A stretch of 64,000 nucleotides of DNA from an archaeon CG10_big_fil_rev_8_21_14_0_10_43_11 (GCA_002763265.1 PEZQ01000006.1:94141-158140), one strand, 5' to 3'. Shown: positions 41,074-50,433, numbered from the stretch's first letter. Program-made: numbers and translations. The notes: generated from the sequence alone by a model not told the origin.

Positions 41074-41805
41074 TCAAGATGCGCAGCATTGAAAACCAGT
41101 TCCGCAGCTTGGTTCAAGCACGCTCACACCCTCATCACAGGACGGCCTGCACATCCCGCCCGCGCTGTTGCACGCGCGTGCATCTCCGCCCCCAAGAAAC
41201 AAACAGCATGAAAGAGATGCGTCATCGCAGTAGTTTGCATTCTTTCCTAGTTGATATTCAAAATTGCCGCACTGTGGTTTACATTCCCCGCTTTTTTGAT
41301 TTTCGCAAAACGTGATTTTGTCTTGTCCAATTTGCACAAATATTACATCATACACACCGCTTCCGCCTATGGTTTTTGGATGGTAAATAGTTGAATTACA
41401 CTGCATTATTACTTGTCGTATGCCCAAATCACGCAGGCAGGGCACAACTTCGCTTTCGGTTCCAGAACATATGCCAATATAGAGGTCTTCAGACTCAAAT
41501 GCGCGAAGCGCATCTTGAGAGAATCCAAATTCGCGTTCAAGCGTATCAATATTATAGAATTGTATGAGTTGATTTGCAGACCTACTATCAGGAAGGTCGC
41601 TTCGCACTGAATAATCGGTTCCTACAATATTAAACAATAGATTTGAACACATCGCAGCAGTGCGCGCTTGTTCAAGCGAGAGAACACCTTGAAGGGTGAA
41701 TTCACCAATAACAAATTCAGTTACAAGAATGCCGCCAAGAGCAAGAATGATATTAAACAATATTGCAAGGCTGCCAATGAGAAGCGCTCCTTTTTTGTCT
41801 ATCAT
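41074..41805 (-). CDS. pilin-like protein with two tandem beta-defensin-like modules
   Basis: MIDKKG|ALL signal; C-x7-C-x3-C-x13-C-x6-CC followed by C-x6-C-x3-C-x10-C-x5-CC. Confidence 0.85.
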   Translation of the reverse strand: MIDKKGALLIGSLAILFNIILALGGILVTEFVIGEFTLQGVLSLEQARTAAMCSNLLFNIVGTDYSVRSDLPDSRSANQLIQFYNIDTLEREFGFSQDALRAFESEDLYIGICSGTESEVVPCLRDLGIRQVIMQCNSTIYHPKTIGGSGVYDVIFVQIGQDKITFCENQKSGECKPQCGNFEYQLGKNANYCDDASLSCCLFLGGGDARACNSAGGMCRPSCDEGVSVLEPSCGTGFQCCAS

Positions 41806-42926
41806 CCTCGTACGCGTTCCTCCACAACTATGTAGCCATTTGCTGATTTATGCAGTCTCATATAATCAATTGATAAACCACCAGAATATTCTGAAGCCGG
41901 CAGCACTGAGAACATGTAGTAATCGCCTTGGTGGATAAGCAGGGGTGCGTCAGTGAGTTGATATGAATCAGGCAGCGCGCTACAACCAAGCGCGTCTAGC
42001 GGGGTACAGTCAAGAACACTTACTTCATTTTCGCACGCTTGCCATGCAAAGAATTGTCGTGTTGCCCCGTCAAGAAGCTGAAGGATTGCGCGCTTGCACC
42101 CCGGACCAGTCAGGTCTGCAGTGCACCCCGCGATATCGCGCGCACGCGCCGTACCAAGATAGGTGTAGGCAAGCTGATCTTCAAATGTGAGCGTGTTTAT
42201 GCTAATGGGATTTGCGTATTCAGCATAGACGTGGTCTTTAATGTCTTGCAGGAATTGGTTGTAACCGCCGCGTCCTGAAACATCATGACACCCATTGTAC
42301 TTGATAAGACACATGCACGTGCGGTCAGCGCATGCTTCAATAAGTTTTGTGTCGCGAACCAAAGCTAACCCCTGCGCAATGCCTTGCGTGTTTCGAGAGT
42401 CAACAATAATAGTGCCGCTTTGCGCGCTTGCAGCAGGGTTGAGCACAGTTTTTCCGCGCGGTATGCAGCATGCTTGCAAACAGTCTTGACCTTCAGCACA
42501 GCAGGTGAGTGAAGGATACCATGTGTTTGGCGCGCATTCAGTTGAGCACAGACCGTCATCACAGCTCATGCATTGGCCGCCATTTTGCACGCATGAGAGC
42601 CCATAGTCAAAGGTTTCATACCCTTTATTTTTGCCATAGGCGGTTGTTGTGCTGTACACAGCATTGTCTGTGCTTGTTGCAAGATAGAATTGGGTAATGC
42701 TATGCTGTGGGGGGAGCGCAAAATCAAACAAATCGCCTGCAAGGTCTGCTGACTTGCACGCATCCAAAACCGTATCTTTAAAAGAATCAAAACCATCTTG
42801 TGCTGAACCACCGGTTCCCAGGCCAAACCCAAGAAGGGGACCAATCACAATAAGCAAAAGCACGAGCGAGATTGCACCAATAAACACGCCAAGAATGATT
42901 TCAAGCGAGACAAATCCGCGTTTCAT
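41802..42926 (-). CDS. Cys-rich minor pilin
   Basis: MKRG|FVSLE signal with Glu at +5; CVQNGGQC...CC module; C..TC.CL motif shared with next gene. Confidence 0.85.
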   Translation of the reverse strand: MKRGFVSLEIILGVFIGAISLVLLLIVIGPLLGFGLGTGGSAQDGFDSFKDTVLDACKSADLAGDLFDFALPPQHSITQFYLATSTDNAVYSTTTAYGKNKGYETFDYGLSCVQNGGQCMSCDDGLCSTECAPNTWYPSLTCCAEGQDCLQACCIPRGKTVLNPAASAQSGTIIVDSRNTQGIAQGLALVRDTKLIEACADRTCMCLIKYNGCHDVSGRGGYNQFLQDIKDHVYAEYANPISINTLTFEDQLAYTYLGTARARDIAGCTADLTGPGCKRAILQLLDGATRQFFAWQACENEVSVLDCTPLDALGCSALPDSYQLTDAPLLIHQGDYYMFSVLPASEYSGGLSIDYMRLHKSANGYIVVEERVRG

Positions 42927-43885
42927 GTTCGCACAAACACCTCAACGTTATCTATGCGCAGCACTTCAGCATCGCGTGAAATACTAATGCGGTCAAATTT
43001 TTGTGCAGTTAGGGGAAACGCGAGAATTGCGCGGTTGCTTTTTTCAGTAAGAAGGGTTTCATTTGTGCACGCGCCCCTATTTTTAAGAGATTCACAAGCA
43101 ACAATGCTGTATTGGTCTTTGCACTCATAATTTTCAAGAAATGTTTTTGTAAAGGATTTAATCTGGTCAAGCGGGTTTGCACTGCTTGCAAGTGCTATAG
43201 CAGAATAATCATGAAGGTTGTTGAGAATAGCATTTCGCCTGCTTTGTTCTGACGTATACACATACTGAGACAAGGCGGGTTTGTATGCTAATACGCCTTG
43301 GCTGAATATGGTTTGATAGAGTCTGGTTCCTCCTTGCGTGCAGCACACGCCTGAATCACAGGCCCCTTCACGCGCAATTGATTCAACAAGTTGTATTTCT
43401 GTGCTGCCTCTGCATGCAATTGAATTAACATCGCACTCATCTTGTCTGTAACTCTCCTCAGTTCTGCATTGGTTTTTGCAGCTTCCTTCAATTGTGTTGC
43501 AATCCCGCGTAATACAGCTTCCCACATACACAAGACACAGGCAGGTTGAATCAGTGCAATCCTCTTCAAGTGCGCTAATGTTTGCAAACGCTTCCTGCGT
43601 GTTCTTGTTTGAGCTTGTAAAATTAGTTTGGGATTTATCAAAATCTGCAAATTGAAAAATGTGCCAGTTTTCACTCATTTCAAGACCAGGAATGCTTGTT
43701 GATGCGTCAGAACTGCAGGCGTGGGGGAGTTTAAGCGTAAATGTGGCAAAGTTTGCTTGTTCAGAAACCGTTGCTGCAGTGCCAACAGTCACGCTGATGA
43801 TTGGCGCAAGAAAGGGAAGTGAAACAGCAACAATAATAATAGCAATCAAAATAGCAACAATCGTGTCTACTCCCCGTTTATTCAT
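42923..43885 (-). CDS. Cys-rich minor pilin, paralog of 41802..42926
   Basis: MNKRG|VDTIV signal; CTDSTCLCL; CNTIEGSCKNQC...CC module. Confidence 0.85.
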   Translation of the reverse strand: MNKRGVDTIVAILIAIIIVAVSLPFLAPIISVTVGTAATVSEQANFATFTLKLPHACSSDASTSIPGLEMSENWHIFQFADFDKSQTNFTSSNKNTQEAFANISALEEDCTDSTCLCLVYVGSCITRDCNTIEGSCKNQCRTEESYRQDECDVNSIACRGSTEIQLVESIAREGACDSGVCCTQGGTRLYQTIFSQGVLAYKPALSQYVYTSEQSRRNAILNNLHDYSAIALASSANPLDQIKSFTKTFLENYECKDQYSIVACESLKNRGACTNETLLTEKSNRAILAFPLTAQKFDRISISRDAEVLRIDNVEVFVRT

Positions 43886-43920
43886 ATTGAGAATTAGGCA
43901 TACTGCGCTTATTAAATTTC

Positions 43921-44181
43921 TCAAATCAAAACAAGCCGCGGCGCAAAAACAAATGGCTGAGAATACGCGCTGCTTTGGGTTGGCACACCAATGCCCAAGC
44001 GGTCTTCAAGCTGTGATTCTGCTTCATTAAGTGAAGAATTGCCAATGCCAATCATGCGCTCAAGCATAGCACCAATCTGGTCGCGCTGCGTAATAAAAAG
44101 CAGGATAAGGGCTAAAAGCACAAAAATAACTAGCAGTATTGCTGCGATTTGTGAAAAGGTAAATCCTTTTTTAGTCATCAT
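43921..44181 (-). CDS. short pilin, KGFTF family, without Cys tip
   Basis: MMTKKG|FTFSQIAAILLVIF. Confidence 0.8.
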   Translation of the reverse strand: MMTKKGFTFSQIAAILLVIFVLLALILLFITQRDQIGAMLERMIGIGNSSLNEAESQLEDRLGIGVPTQSSAYSQPFVFAPRLVLI

Positions 44182-44187
44182 CAACCA

Positions 44188-44463
44188 CTATACACAACAA
44201 TGAGGCGAAGCAACAGCACAATTCCATTGCCCAATATCAGTTTCTCCAGCAGCACACGCTGCTTTGCACGCACCACCTTGACCCGTACATGAAGTGAGAA
44301 GTCCTGATACGTTGCCAACGCCTTGCTCAACGCCTTTTGAGATACTTGAGACCGAGCTTCCTGCTCCCTGAATTTGTGTGGCAAACAACACAATCACGGC
44401 AATAAGCCCAAGCACGACAAGAAGAATGACTGCAAGTTGTTGAAATGTAAAACCCTTTTGCAT
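44188..44463 (-). CDS. short pilin with beta-defensin-like tip
   Basis: MQKG|FTFQQ; CTGQGGACKAACAAGETDIGQWNCAVASPHCCV. Confidence 0.88.
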   Translation of the reverse strand: MQKGFTFQQLAVILLVVLGLIAVIVLFATQIQGAGSSVSSISKGVEQGVGNVSGLLTSCTGQGGACKAACAAGETDIGQWNCAVASPHCCV

Positions 44464-44496
44464 ACCTCAATTAGAAGCACTTTGCTATTTTAAAGT

Positions 44497-44784
44497 TTAT
44501 TTAGGAACGCAACATTTTGCAGCAGTGCTTGGACAATCACTCGTTCCCGTGTCTGTTTGAGAAGCACTGCATGACGCTTTGCACTCGCCTCCTGCAAGGT
44601 CGCATACAAGTCCTGCCACACTTTCACCTGCTGCTTGCGACCCTCCGGTTGCTTGTTCGCCAACATCAGTAATGCTTCCCCCTGCTTGTCTAAACTGAGT
44701 GGCAGCAAGCACAACTGACACAACAAGACCTAAAATAACCAGAAGCAATACTGCCATTTGCGTAAAGGTAAAGCCCTTTTGCAT
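44497..44784 (-). CDS. short pilin with beta-defensin-like tip
   Basis: MQKG|FTFTQ; CDLAGGECKASCSASQTDTGTSDCPSTAAKCCVPK. Confidence 0.88.
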   Translation of the reverse strand: MQKGFTFTQMAVLLLVILGLVVSVVLAATQFRQAGGSITDVGEQATGGSQAAGESVAGLVCDLAGGECKASCSASQTDTGTSDCPSTAAKCCVPK

Positions 44785-44837
44785 GACTAGTGTTAGAACA
44801 ATCAAATATTATAAAGGTAATTAAAAAAAAGAAGAGG

Positions 44838-45275
44838 TTATGCGCACGTATTGTCTAGTTGGCACGTTCCTGATTCGCATTCTGCATCGTCAGCACAGGT
44901 TGCACCGGTTGGGAGAAGTGACGCACCAGTAGCTGCTTCTTTGCAACAGTATATTGCGCCACTATCCTGACAGCCAATGTCTAAACCCGAGTCAGCATTT
45001 GCTAAATCAGTGGTCGTGCTTCCGCCTACATTGAGGTATACATCGCACGCATCAGCGCATTGCACGCCGCCAATAGTTCTGCACGCGAGTCCTGCGCTTG
45101 CAGTAACTGCTGCTTGTGTTCCTGATGTTGCTTGACTGCCAAGTTCTGAAATGCTTCCCGCACTTGCGCCAAGCTGAGTGCTTGCAAGAATAACGCCAAC
45201 AGTAAGACCAAGAATGACCAGAATAAGTGTTGCCATCTGGGCAAAAGTGAAACCCTTTCTTGACATGGTATTCAT
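44838..45275 (-). CDS. pilin with expanded defensin-like module plus 4-Cys tail
   Basis: MSRKG|FTFAQ; CRTIGGVQCADAC-x25-C-x7-CC then GATCADDAECESGTCQLDNTC. Confidence 0.88.
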   Translation of the reverse strand: MNTMSRKGFTFAQMATLILVILGLTVGVILASTQLGASAGSISELGSQATSGTQAAVTASAGLACRTIGGVQCADACDVYLNVGGSTTTDLANADSGLDIGCQDSGAIYCCKEAATGASLLPTGATCADDAECESGTCQLDNTCA

Positions 45276-45318
45276 ACTAGTGGCTCTTTGCATATTTATA
45301 GTTTATCTGTAAACATGG

Positions 45319-45600
45319 TTATTTTCTGCAGCAAACAAAGTTTTCCCCACTGCACGGCAGGTCAAGGGTGTTTTCAGGCGTGCACGATTCTCTGCATTCA
45401 CCGCCAAAATTCCCGCATTGAATGCTTTGTTCTGCGGATTGGGCTCCTGTTTCAGCACCTTGTGTTGCTGCGCTTTGCAAGTCTGAAATGCTTCCCGCAC
45501 TTGCAGCAAATTGAGTGCTTGCAAGAATAATAGCAACAGTAAGACCAAGAATAACAAGAATGAGCACGGCCATTTGTTCAAAGGTAAATCCTTTTTTCAT
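45319..45600 (-). CDS. short pilin with beta-defensin-like tip
   Basis: MKKG|FTFEQ; CGNFGGECRESCTPENTLDLPCSGENFVCCRK. Confidence 0.88.
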   Translation of the reverse strand: MKKGFTFEQMAVLILVILGLTVAIILASTQFAASAGSISDLQSAATQGAETGAQSAEQSIQCGNFGGECRESCTPENTLDLPCSGENFVCCRK

Positions 45601-45609
45601 TTTTTCTCT

Positions 45610-46050
45610 TTAACCACCAACCGTTCCGCCGCCAACCTGACCAAAACTACCCCCACTTAAACATTCTTCTTGTCCAATGCTTGTGCGCCTTCCTCCTGAG
45701 AGCGTGACTTGACACGCGGTTCCTCCAGTAACAATAGTGTCATAACAGTGGTCTTCATCATTAGGATTTCCGTCTTCTTTCAGACTAAACACCGTCGTGC
45801 AGTACGGCAACTCTCCGGCGTTTTGCGGGGTTGCAAGCAGGTTATCCATTGACAAACAATATTGTGTGCATTGGCTTCTTATTGCCGTGATTTCCACATT
45901 GCTTGTTGCACCAGCACTGCTTTGAGCAAGTGATGATGAAAGCCGCGAGATGCCTCCAGTAAAAAGAATAATAATTGTTGAGAGAACAAGCACTGCCAAA
46001 ATGATTTTGACAATGAAATTAAGACTCAAACCCTGCCCCCTCGTGTTCAT
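45610..46050 (-). CDS. archaeal type IV pilin, candidate major pilin
   Basis: MNTRG|QGLSLNFIVKIILAVLVL; CxxxC and four further Cys; own TATA box. Confidence 0.88.
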   Translation of the reverse strand: MNTRGQGLSLNFIVKIILAVLVLSTIIILFTGGISRLSSSLAQSSAGATSNVEITAIRSQCTQYCLSMDNLLATPQNAGELPYCTTVFSLKEDGNPNDEDHCYDTIVTGGTACQVTLSGGRRTSIGQEECLSGGSFGQVGGGTVGG

Positions 46051-46069
46051 GTGTATACTTAAGCCTAAA

Positions 46070-46090
46070 GGAAGTTATAAATTGTTCGCT
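46070..46090 (-). promoter_or_regulatory. BRE/TATA promoter of the pilin array (leaderless spacing)
   Basis: Minus strand GCGAACAATTTATAA, ending 24 nt before the ATG at 46050. Confidence 0.6.
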
Positions 46091-46103
46091 AACACACTCC
46101 CGC

Positions 46104-46292
46104 TTAAATCAGGCTGCCCGCGCCCTGCTGTATTGTTTCATTGACAATGTCAACAATGCGTCCTGCCTGACTTGCCTGGCTTTGTTGTGCAACAAACGCA
46201 AGAACAAGCAAAGTAAGCAAAACAAACAGTCCAAGCAGGATGAGCGCGATAGTGTTAATATCAACTGCTTTTTTGGTTAGTTTTGGCAACAA
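46104..46292 (-). CDS. mini-pilin
   Basis: TKKA|VDINTIALILLGLFVLL, 62 aa. Confidence 0.8.
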   Translation of the reverse strand: MLPKLTKKAVDINTIALILLGLFVLLTLLVLAFVAQQSQASQAGRIVDIVNETIQQGAGSLI

Positions 46293-46942
46293 AACATATC
46301 CCTCCCATCTCGTGTTTGCGGACAGTACGTATCAAGATTTATTCCATCCTGGTCTTGTGGAACGCGAAATGGGTAGCTTACCGGGCACGTGATGGTGCTG
46401 CGCTGGTCGCCAGAGAGACCAAGACACCCCAAACATCCTTGCACGCACGCGTGCGTGCTTTCAACACCGACCCCAGTAACGTAATCAAAGGTATCCTCTG
46501 AACCAAGACCAACGCGTCTGTCACACGCGCGTCCAAGCGTGCCGCAATCTGCGGGACACGCATCAGGCGCGCACACACTTACCCCATCAAACTCGCATTG
46601 GTTGTCATAGCGCGTTTTTGCACAGCAATAGGCATTATCATCGCTTCGACAGCCCTTAACCGGGATGCGCATGGGGTACGTGCTTGGACACCCATCCCAC
46701 AAGGCTGAGCGGGGGTTTGCATCAGTGTTTGGTCCTATGCAGGTCATGTACGAGTTGTCAGTTGTTCCGCATTCTGATTGCTGGCCAACAATTTCTCTGC
46801 CAAGGTCAGCAACCCTGCCAAGTTGTTTGTTAGCATCAGTAAAAAAAAGAAAGTAGAGCATAATCAACGCGGCAATAATCACAAAAGGCAGGAGAAAAGT
46901 AAATATCGGTCCTTCAATAAAAAAGCTTGCTTTTCTTTTCAT
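46277..46942 (-). CDS. Cys-rich minor pilin
   Basis: MKRKA|SFFIE signal with Glu at +5; two CP..YP.R.P...C...CC repeats. Confidence 0.85.
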   Translation of the reverse strand: MKRKASFFIEGPIFTFLLPFVIIAALIMLYFLFFTDANKQLGRVADLGREIVGQQSECGTTDNSYMTCIGPNTDANPRSALWDGCPSTYPMRIPVKGCRSDDNAYCCAKTRYDNQCEFDGVSVCAPDACPADCGTLGRACDRRVGLGSEDTFDYVTGVGVESTHACVQGCLGCLGLSGDQRSTITCPVSYPFRVPQDQDGINLDTYCPQTRDGRDMFCCQN

Positions 46943-47085
46943 AGTATGTTTGCTCCTGCATCAACAAGGTCTTGTATGAGGTCAGGAAGGTTTCTTCCAA
47001 GCGTAATAACAAGCAGTACAAACACGACAAATAAGAAAATAAGAAACACCCATACCAGTATTTGGTTTGTCACTCCCCGCTTCAT
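46939..47085 (-). CDS. 48-aa mini-pilin (absent from ORF track)
   Basis: MKRG|VTNQILVWVFLIFLFVVFVLLVITLGRNLPDLIQDLVDAGANIL; ATGA overlap with next gene. Confidence 0.8.
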   Translation of the reverse strand: MKRGVTNQILVWVFLIFLFVVFVLLVITLGRNLPDLIQDLVDAGANIL

Positions 47086-47119
47086 GCACTAGTAGGGGGT
47101 AGTGTGCACATTTATAGTT

Positions 47120-48937
47120 TTATGTGCATGGTGAAAAATCCTGCGCCCCGCATTCTGCGTTATGGTATTGACAGTACCCAAATGCTGGTGAAATGTCTCC
47201 CGCTCGATTTTTTCCGCCTTCATAGGTGAGCCCAAGCGTCAGGTCCGAACACGCGCGCCCGCCTTCCCACAGTACGCGCGCATCTTCTGCGCTGCTGATT
47301 GGTCCAAATGAATCTTCAACAATACATGCAAGCAAACGGTCATTACGCGGCTTTCCGCCGGTAATCAGGTTGAATATTGACGGGTCTGCGACAACTGCTG
47401 CAGCAATGTTTGAACCAAACATAAGCCCATTACAATCGTCCCATGCTGCAGATGAGGCGCGCGCCTGAAAAATGTTGCCCATAAGGATTTCAGCTCCAAC
47501 ATCTTCATCCTGGTATTCGGTTGTCCAGTCCCAGTAACCCAGTTTAAATGAGCCGCTTGTAAGCGTAAGCGGATTGCATTGGTTATCACATGCGTTTGTT
47601 GAATCTTCCCAGGGCCAGCACATGGGGTTTGCATTATCATCATCGCCAAATGCTTCGGCAAAATCACCGGAAAGAAGGCTGCACGGGCTTGTGCGAAACT
47701 GGTCAGGGGTAAGCGTATCATTATACAAGTAAAACGGGAAAATATCTGCGCGCTCCTGCGCGTCTTGCATACGCGCTCCTGCGTACGCGTCAACAATAGC
47801 CCCTGAAGGAGATGAGCCAATGTTTGAAAGAAGTTGTCCAAATTCAGCTCCAGAAAGTTCAATAACCATATCAATTGCAATGCTTGAATCTGAAGGGATG
47901 CTTCCTAACGTGCGCGTGGTTCCTGCTGCAGTAACTTTGGTATTGCCACCTTTGTAGTCTGTGGTAAAAAGAACCGTAGGATAATCAGCAGCCTCACCAA
48001 TTCCCAGGTTTGCGAGTTGCGCTAAAAGCGCGTCTAGACCGGCTACAGGATAGAGGCGTGCAATAAGGTTATTTGTTACTTCCTGACATCCACCTTCACC
48101 AACACTGCCACCAACCTGACAATTCACATAATTAGCAGGGCAGGGTGAGCCGTCATTGAAGCTTTTACTGCAGTACATGATTTGGGTGCGCATGTTTTGA
48201 GGCAGGCATAGCGCGGGGGTTACTTCTTTTGTTTGTGAACCAACTGAAAGCGTACAGTCAAGGTCTTGAATGTCTTGTCCGTTAAGCCATACAAGTTTTC
48301 CTTCTGACGCGCTTTGCGAGTCTTTAATACGCGTGGTGTAAAACGCGCTTGCGTACAAATAATCTGAAAGGGTCATTTGAGAAATGCTTTTAGTTAAAAA
48401 TAACGCAGGACTGCGCGAGCTTCCCGCAGACCAGACAAGCGCAGAAGGCACGGATTCTAAAAATGTATCACCAGTGATGCGCGCACTCTGAGAAAAATCG
48501 TATTCTGTTGCAGCACACAGTGCAGGGTTTCCTGCAGCATACAGTGGTTTGAGCGCGCTTCCCGCATCATACATGCCCCAGCAAAGCGAGCCATACCGTC
48601 CGGCCCACTGCCCAAATTCAAGGGAGTTTGTGAATGTGCCATGAGAAAAGATAGGACAAATTGTTTCTATCGGGATAAGTGAAGCCACGCGTTGCGCGCC
48701 TCCAAGCGCGCGACCAAAAAGGTTAAACCAGCCTTGCGGGCTTAACAGGTCACCGCCCGTGACTTGGCTGCCAATGGTTCCGCGAATAGTTGCAAAATCA
48801 TTGCAAATGTCTGCACGAAACTCATCAAGACCTGATACGCGATTGACAAGCAGTACAAATGCTGAAACGGTGAGAATTGCGAGAATAATAATTGATATAA
48901 TGAATGTTCCGATTCGCTCTCTGTTCTCTTCTGCCAT
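47120..48937 (-). CDS. large membrane-anchored pilin-associated protein
   Basis: N-terminal TM, Cys-containing ectodomain; shares layout (C..R, CW/CF..G, P..C...YDF) with 48961..50427. Confidence 0.8.
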   Translation of the reverse strand: MAEENRERIGTFIISIIILAILTVSAFVLLVNRVSGLDEFRADICNDFATIRGTIGSQVTGGDLLSPQGWFNLFGRALGGAQRVASLIPIETICPIFSHGTFTNSLEFGQWAGRYGSLCWGMYDAGSALKPLYAAGNPALCAATEYDFSQSARITGDTFLESVPSALVWSAGSSRSPALFLTKSISQMTLSDYLYASAFYTTRIKDSQSASEGKLVWLNGQDIQDLDCTLSVGSQTKEVTPALCLPQNMRTQIMYCSKSFNDGSPCPANYVNCQVGGSVGEGGCQEVTNNLIARLYPVAGLDALLAQLANLGIGEAADYPTVLFTTDYKGGNTKVTAAGTTRTLGSIPSDSSIAIDMVIELSGAEFGQLLSNIGSSPSGAIVDAYAGARMQDAQERADIFPFYLYNDTLTPDQFRTSPCSLLSGDFAEAFGDDDNANPMCWPWEDSTNACDNQCNPLTLTSGSFKLGYWDWTTEYQDEDVGAEILMGNIFQARASSAAWDDCNGLMFGSNIAAAVVADPSIFNLITGGKPRNDRLLACIVEDSFGPISSAEDARVLWEGGRACSDLTLGLTYEGGKNRAGDISPAFGYCQYHNAECGAQDFSPCT

Positions 48938-48960
48938 ACGTGTTCTAGTCCTCTTTATTA

Positions 48961-50427
48961 TTAGTCAAACCAAGCGTCAATTGCCTCTTGCAGGCGCGAG
49001 TTTGATGCCTTTTTGTTTTGTTCATCACGCACGCATAAGAGTGCGCCGTCAGTTGTGGCATCATCATAAATGTCTTGTGAAGGAATCACATACGTGCTAA
49101 ATTCCTCAATCTGTATCACATCTGCAACGTTTAGACCTTCCCAGGTGGTGCCGCACAATTCCCATGCTTTTGATTCGGGATTGTCCTGAAATCCGCCATA
49201 CCCATCGTGGTAGCCAACAAGAAAACTGCCGCGCGAAAGCGTTGTGTCTAAAATTTCATCAAGTGCAACACCATAATTACACGTGTAGTCTGCATTGTCA
49301 AAGAAGTTTGCAACATCAAAACCAGCACGAACTGCCGAACTAAAGAGGGGTCCAACAATAGGAATTGCATCGCTCCATGCAGTAATAGAATCGCCAGGAC
49401 TCACCTGAAAGGGGTCATACCTAAATATGATTGTTTCTGCTTCTGCTGCTACTTGAGGAATCACAGGCAGGCACAGACGAGATGCAACAGGAAGCACTGA
49501 GCTCTCATCAAGTGAAAAACCCGGTGTTTGTGCGTCTTTAAGCAATAACTCTGCTGCCTTGTCGCGCCACGAATTCGCGCTGGTAAGCGCGTCTAGTTTG
49601 GCGCTATCCCCTGATGCAACACAGCCAAGAAGCGTGGTGCCACACACCCATAGTGATGTTCCACCCATTTGCTCAACATAAGTTGTTTCGCGCCCGGTCA
49701 TGCGCGCGTGGCGCATATAATCAGTAATGTGGCGCAGTGAGAGCTCGGTTTCTTGGCCGCCATCTTGTGTAAAATCATAGCCGCGCGACGAGCACGTGAA
49801 TGGTTTTGAGACACGCGCGCTTGTAAGAGGGTTTCCTGTTCCATACCCTAGTTTTGCAAAGCAGTTAAACGCATCAAGAGCAAGGCCGTCAAGCTCGTTG
49901 AGCGCGCCTTTGAGCGCATGGGCTTCACTCTGTGTGCCGCCCATAACATAATCATAATAGGTCACAAACAAATCCGCAGGAGAGTGAACCCCTGAAGGGT
50001 CTTGTTTTGCAACAGCAAGATTTCTGCCTTGTGCAGTATACACAATAAATGATGTGTCTGCGTTGTAGGAGAATTGTACGTTGCTTGCGTCGCTAAACGT
50101 GCGTGTTTGCGTAGTTCCTGCAAGCTCACCGTTCACTTCATTTTTTGAAAACGTCACAATTTCCCAGTCTTCACTTGTTGTGTCAGGAAGTATTTGAGTC
50201 TCGCACAGGAAGGGAAGCGCGTTCATTACGGTGCCCGTAAAAAAACTTGTTTCAAAACGTGAGCCAAGCAGCTGGGATGCATAGTTTCGAACATTAATGC
50301 TTGTTTTGCAAAAAATGTTTTGTGCAGGAGTAAACACGCTGAGAAGTCCGGGTATGACAACAATAAGAAGCAGTGTGAACACAATAAACAACACGATAAG
50401 AGATTGAACATTTTGTTTTGATGCCAT
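48961..50427 (-). CDS. large membrane-anchored pilin-associated protein
   Basis: N-terminal TM, CKTSINVR, Cys ectodomain; probable paralog of downstream gene. Confidence 0.8.
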   Translation of the reverse strand: MASKQNVQSLIVLFIVFTLLLIVVIPGLLSVFTPAQNIFCKTSINVRNYASQLLGSRFETSFFTGTVMNALPFLCETQILPDTTSEDWEIVTFSKNEVNGELAGTTQTRTFSDASNVQFSYNADTSFIVYTAQGRNLAVAKQDPSGVHSPADLFVTYYDYVMGGTQSEAHALKGALNELDGLALDAFNCFAKLGYGTGNPLTSARVSKPFTCSSRGYDFTQDGGQETELSLRHITDYMRHARMTGRETTYVEQMGGTSLWVCGTTLLGCVASGDSAKLDALTSANSWRDKAAELLLKDAQTPGFSLDESSVLPVASRLCLPVIPQVAAEAETIIFRYDPFQVSPGDSITAWSDAIPIVGPLFSSAVRAGFDVANFFDNADYTCNYGVALDEILDTTLSRGSFLVGYHDGYGGFQDNPESKAWELCGTTWEGLNVADVIQIEEFSTYVIPSQDIYDDATTDGALLCVRDEQNKKASNSRLQEAIDAWFD

Positions 50428-50433
50428 AGTAGT

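Noticed and set aside
43921..45600. CRISPR-like periodic repeats
   Set aside because: The repeats are coding paralog similarity, not identical repeats with unique spacers; no cas genes
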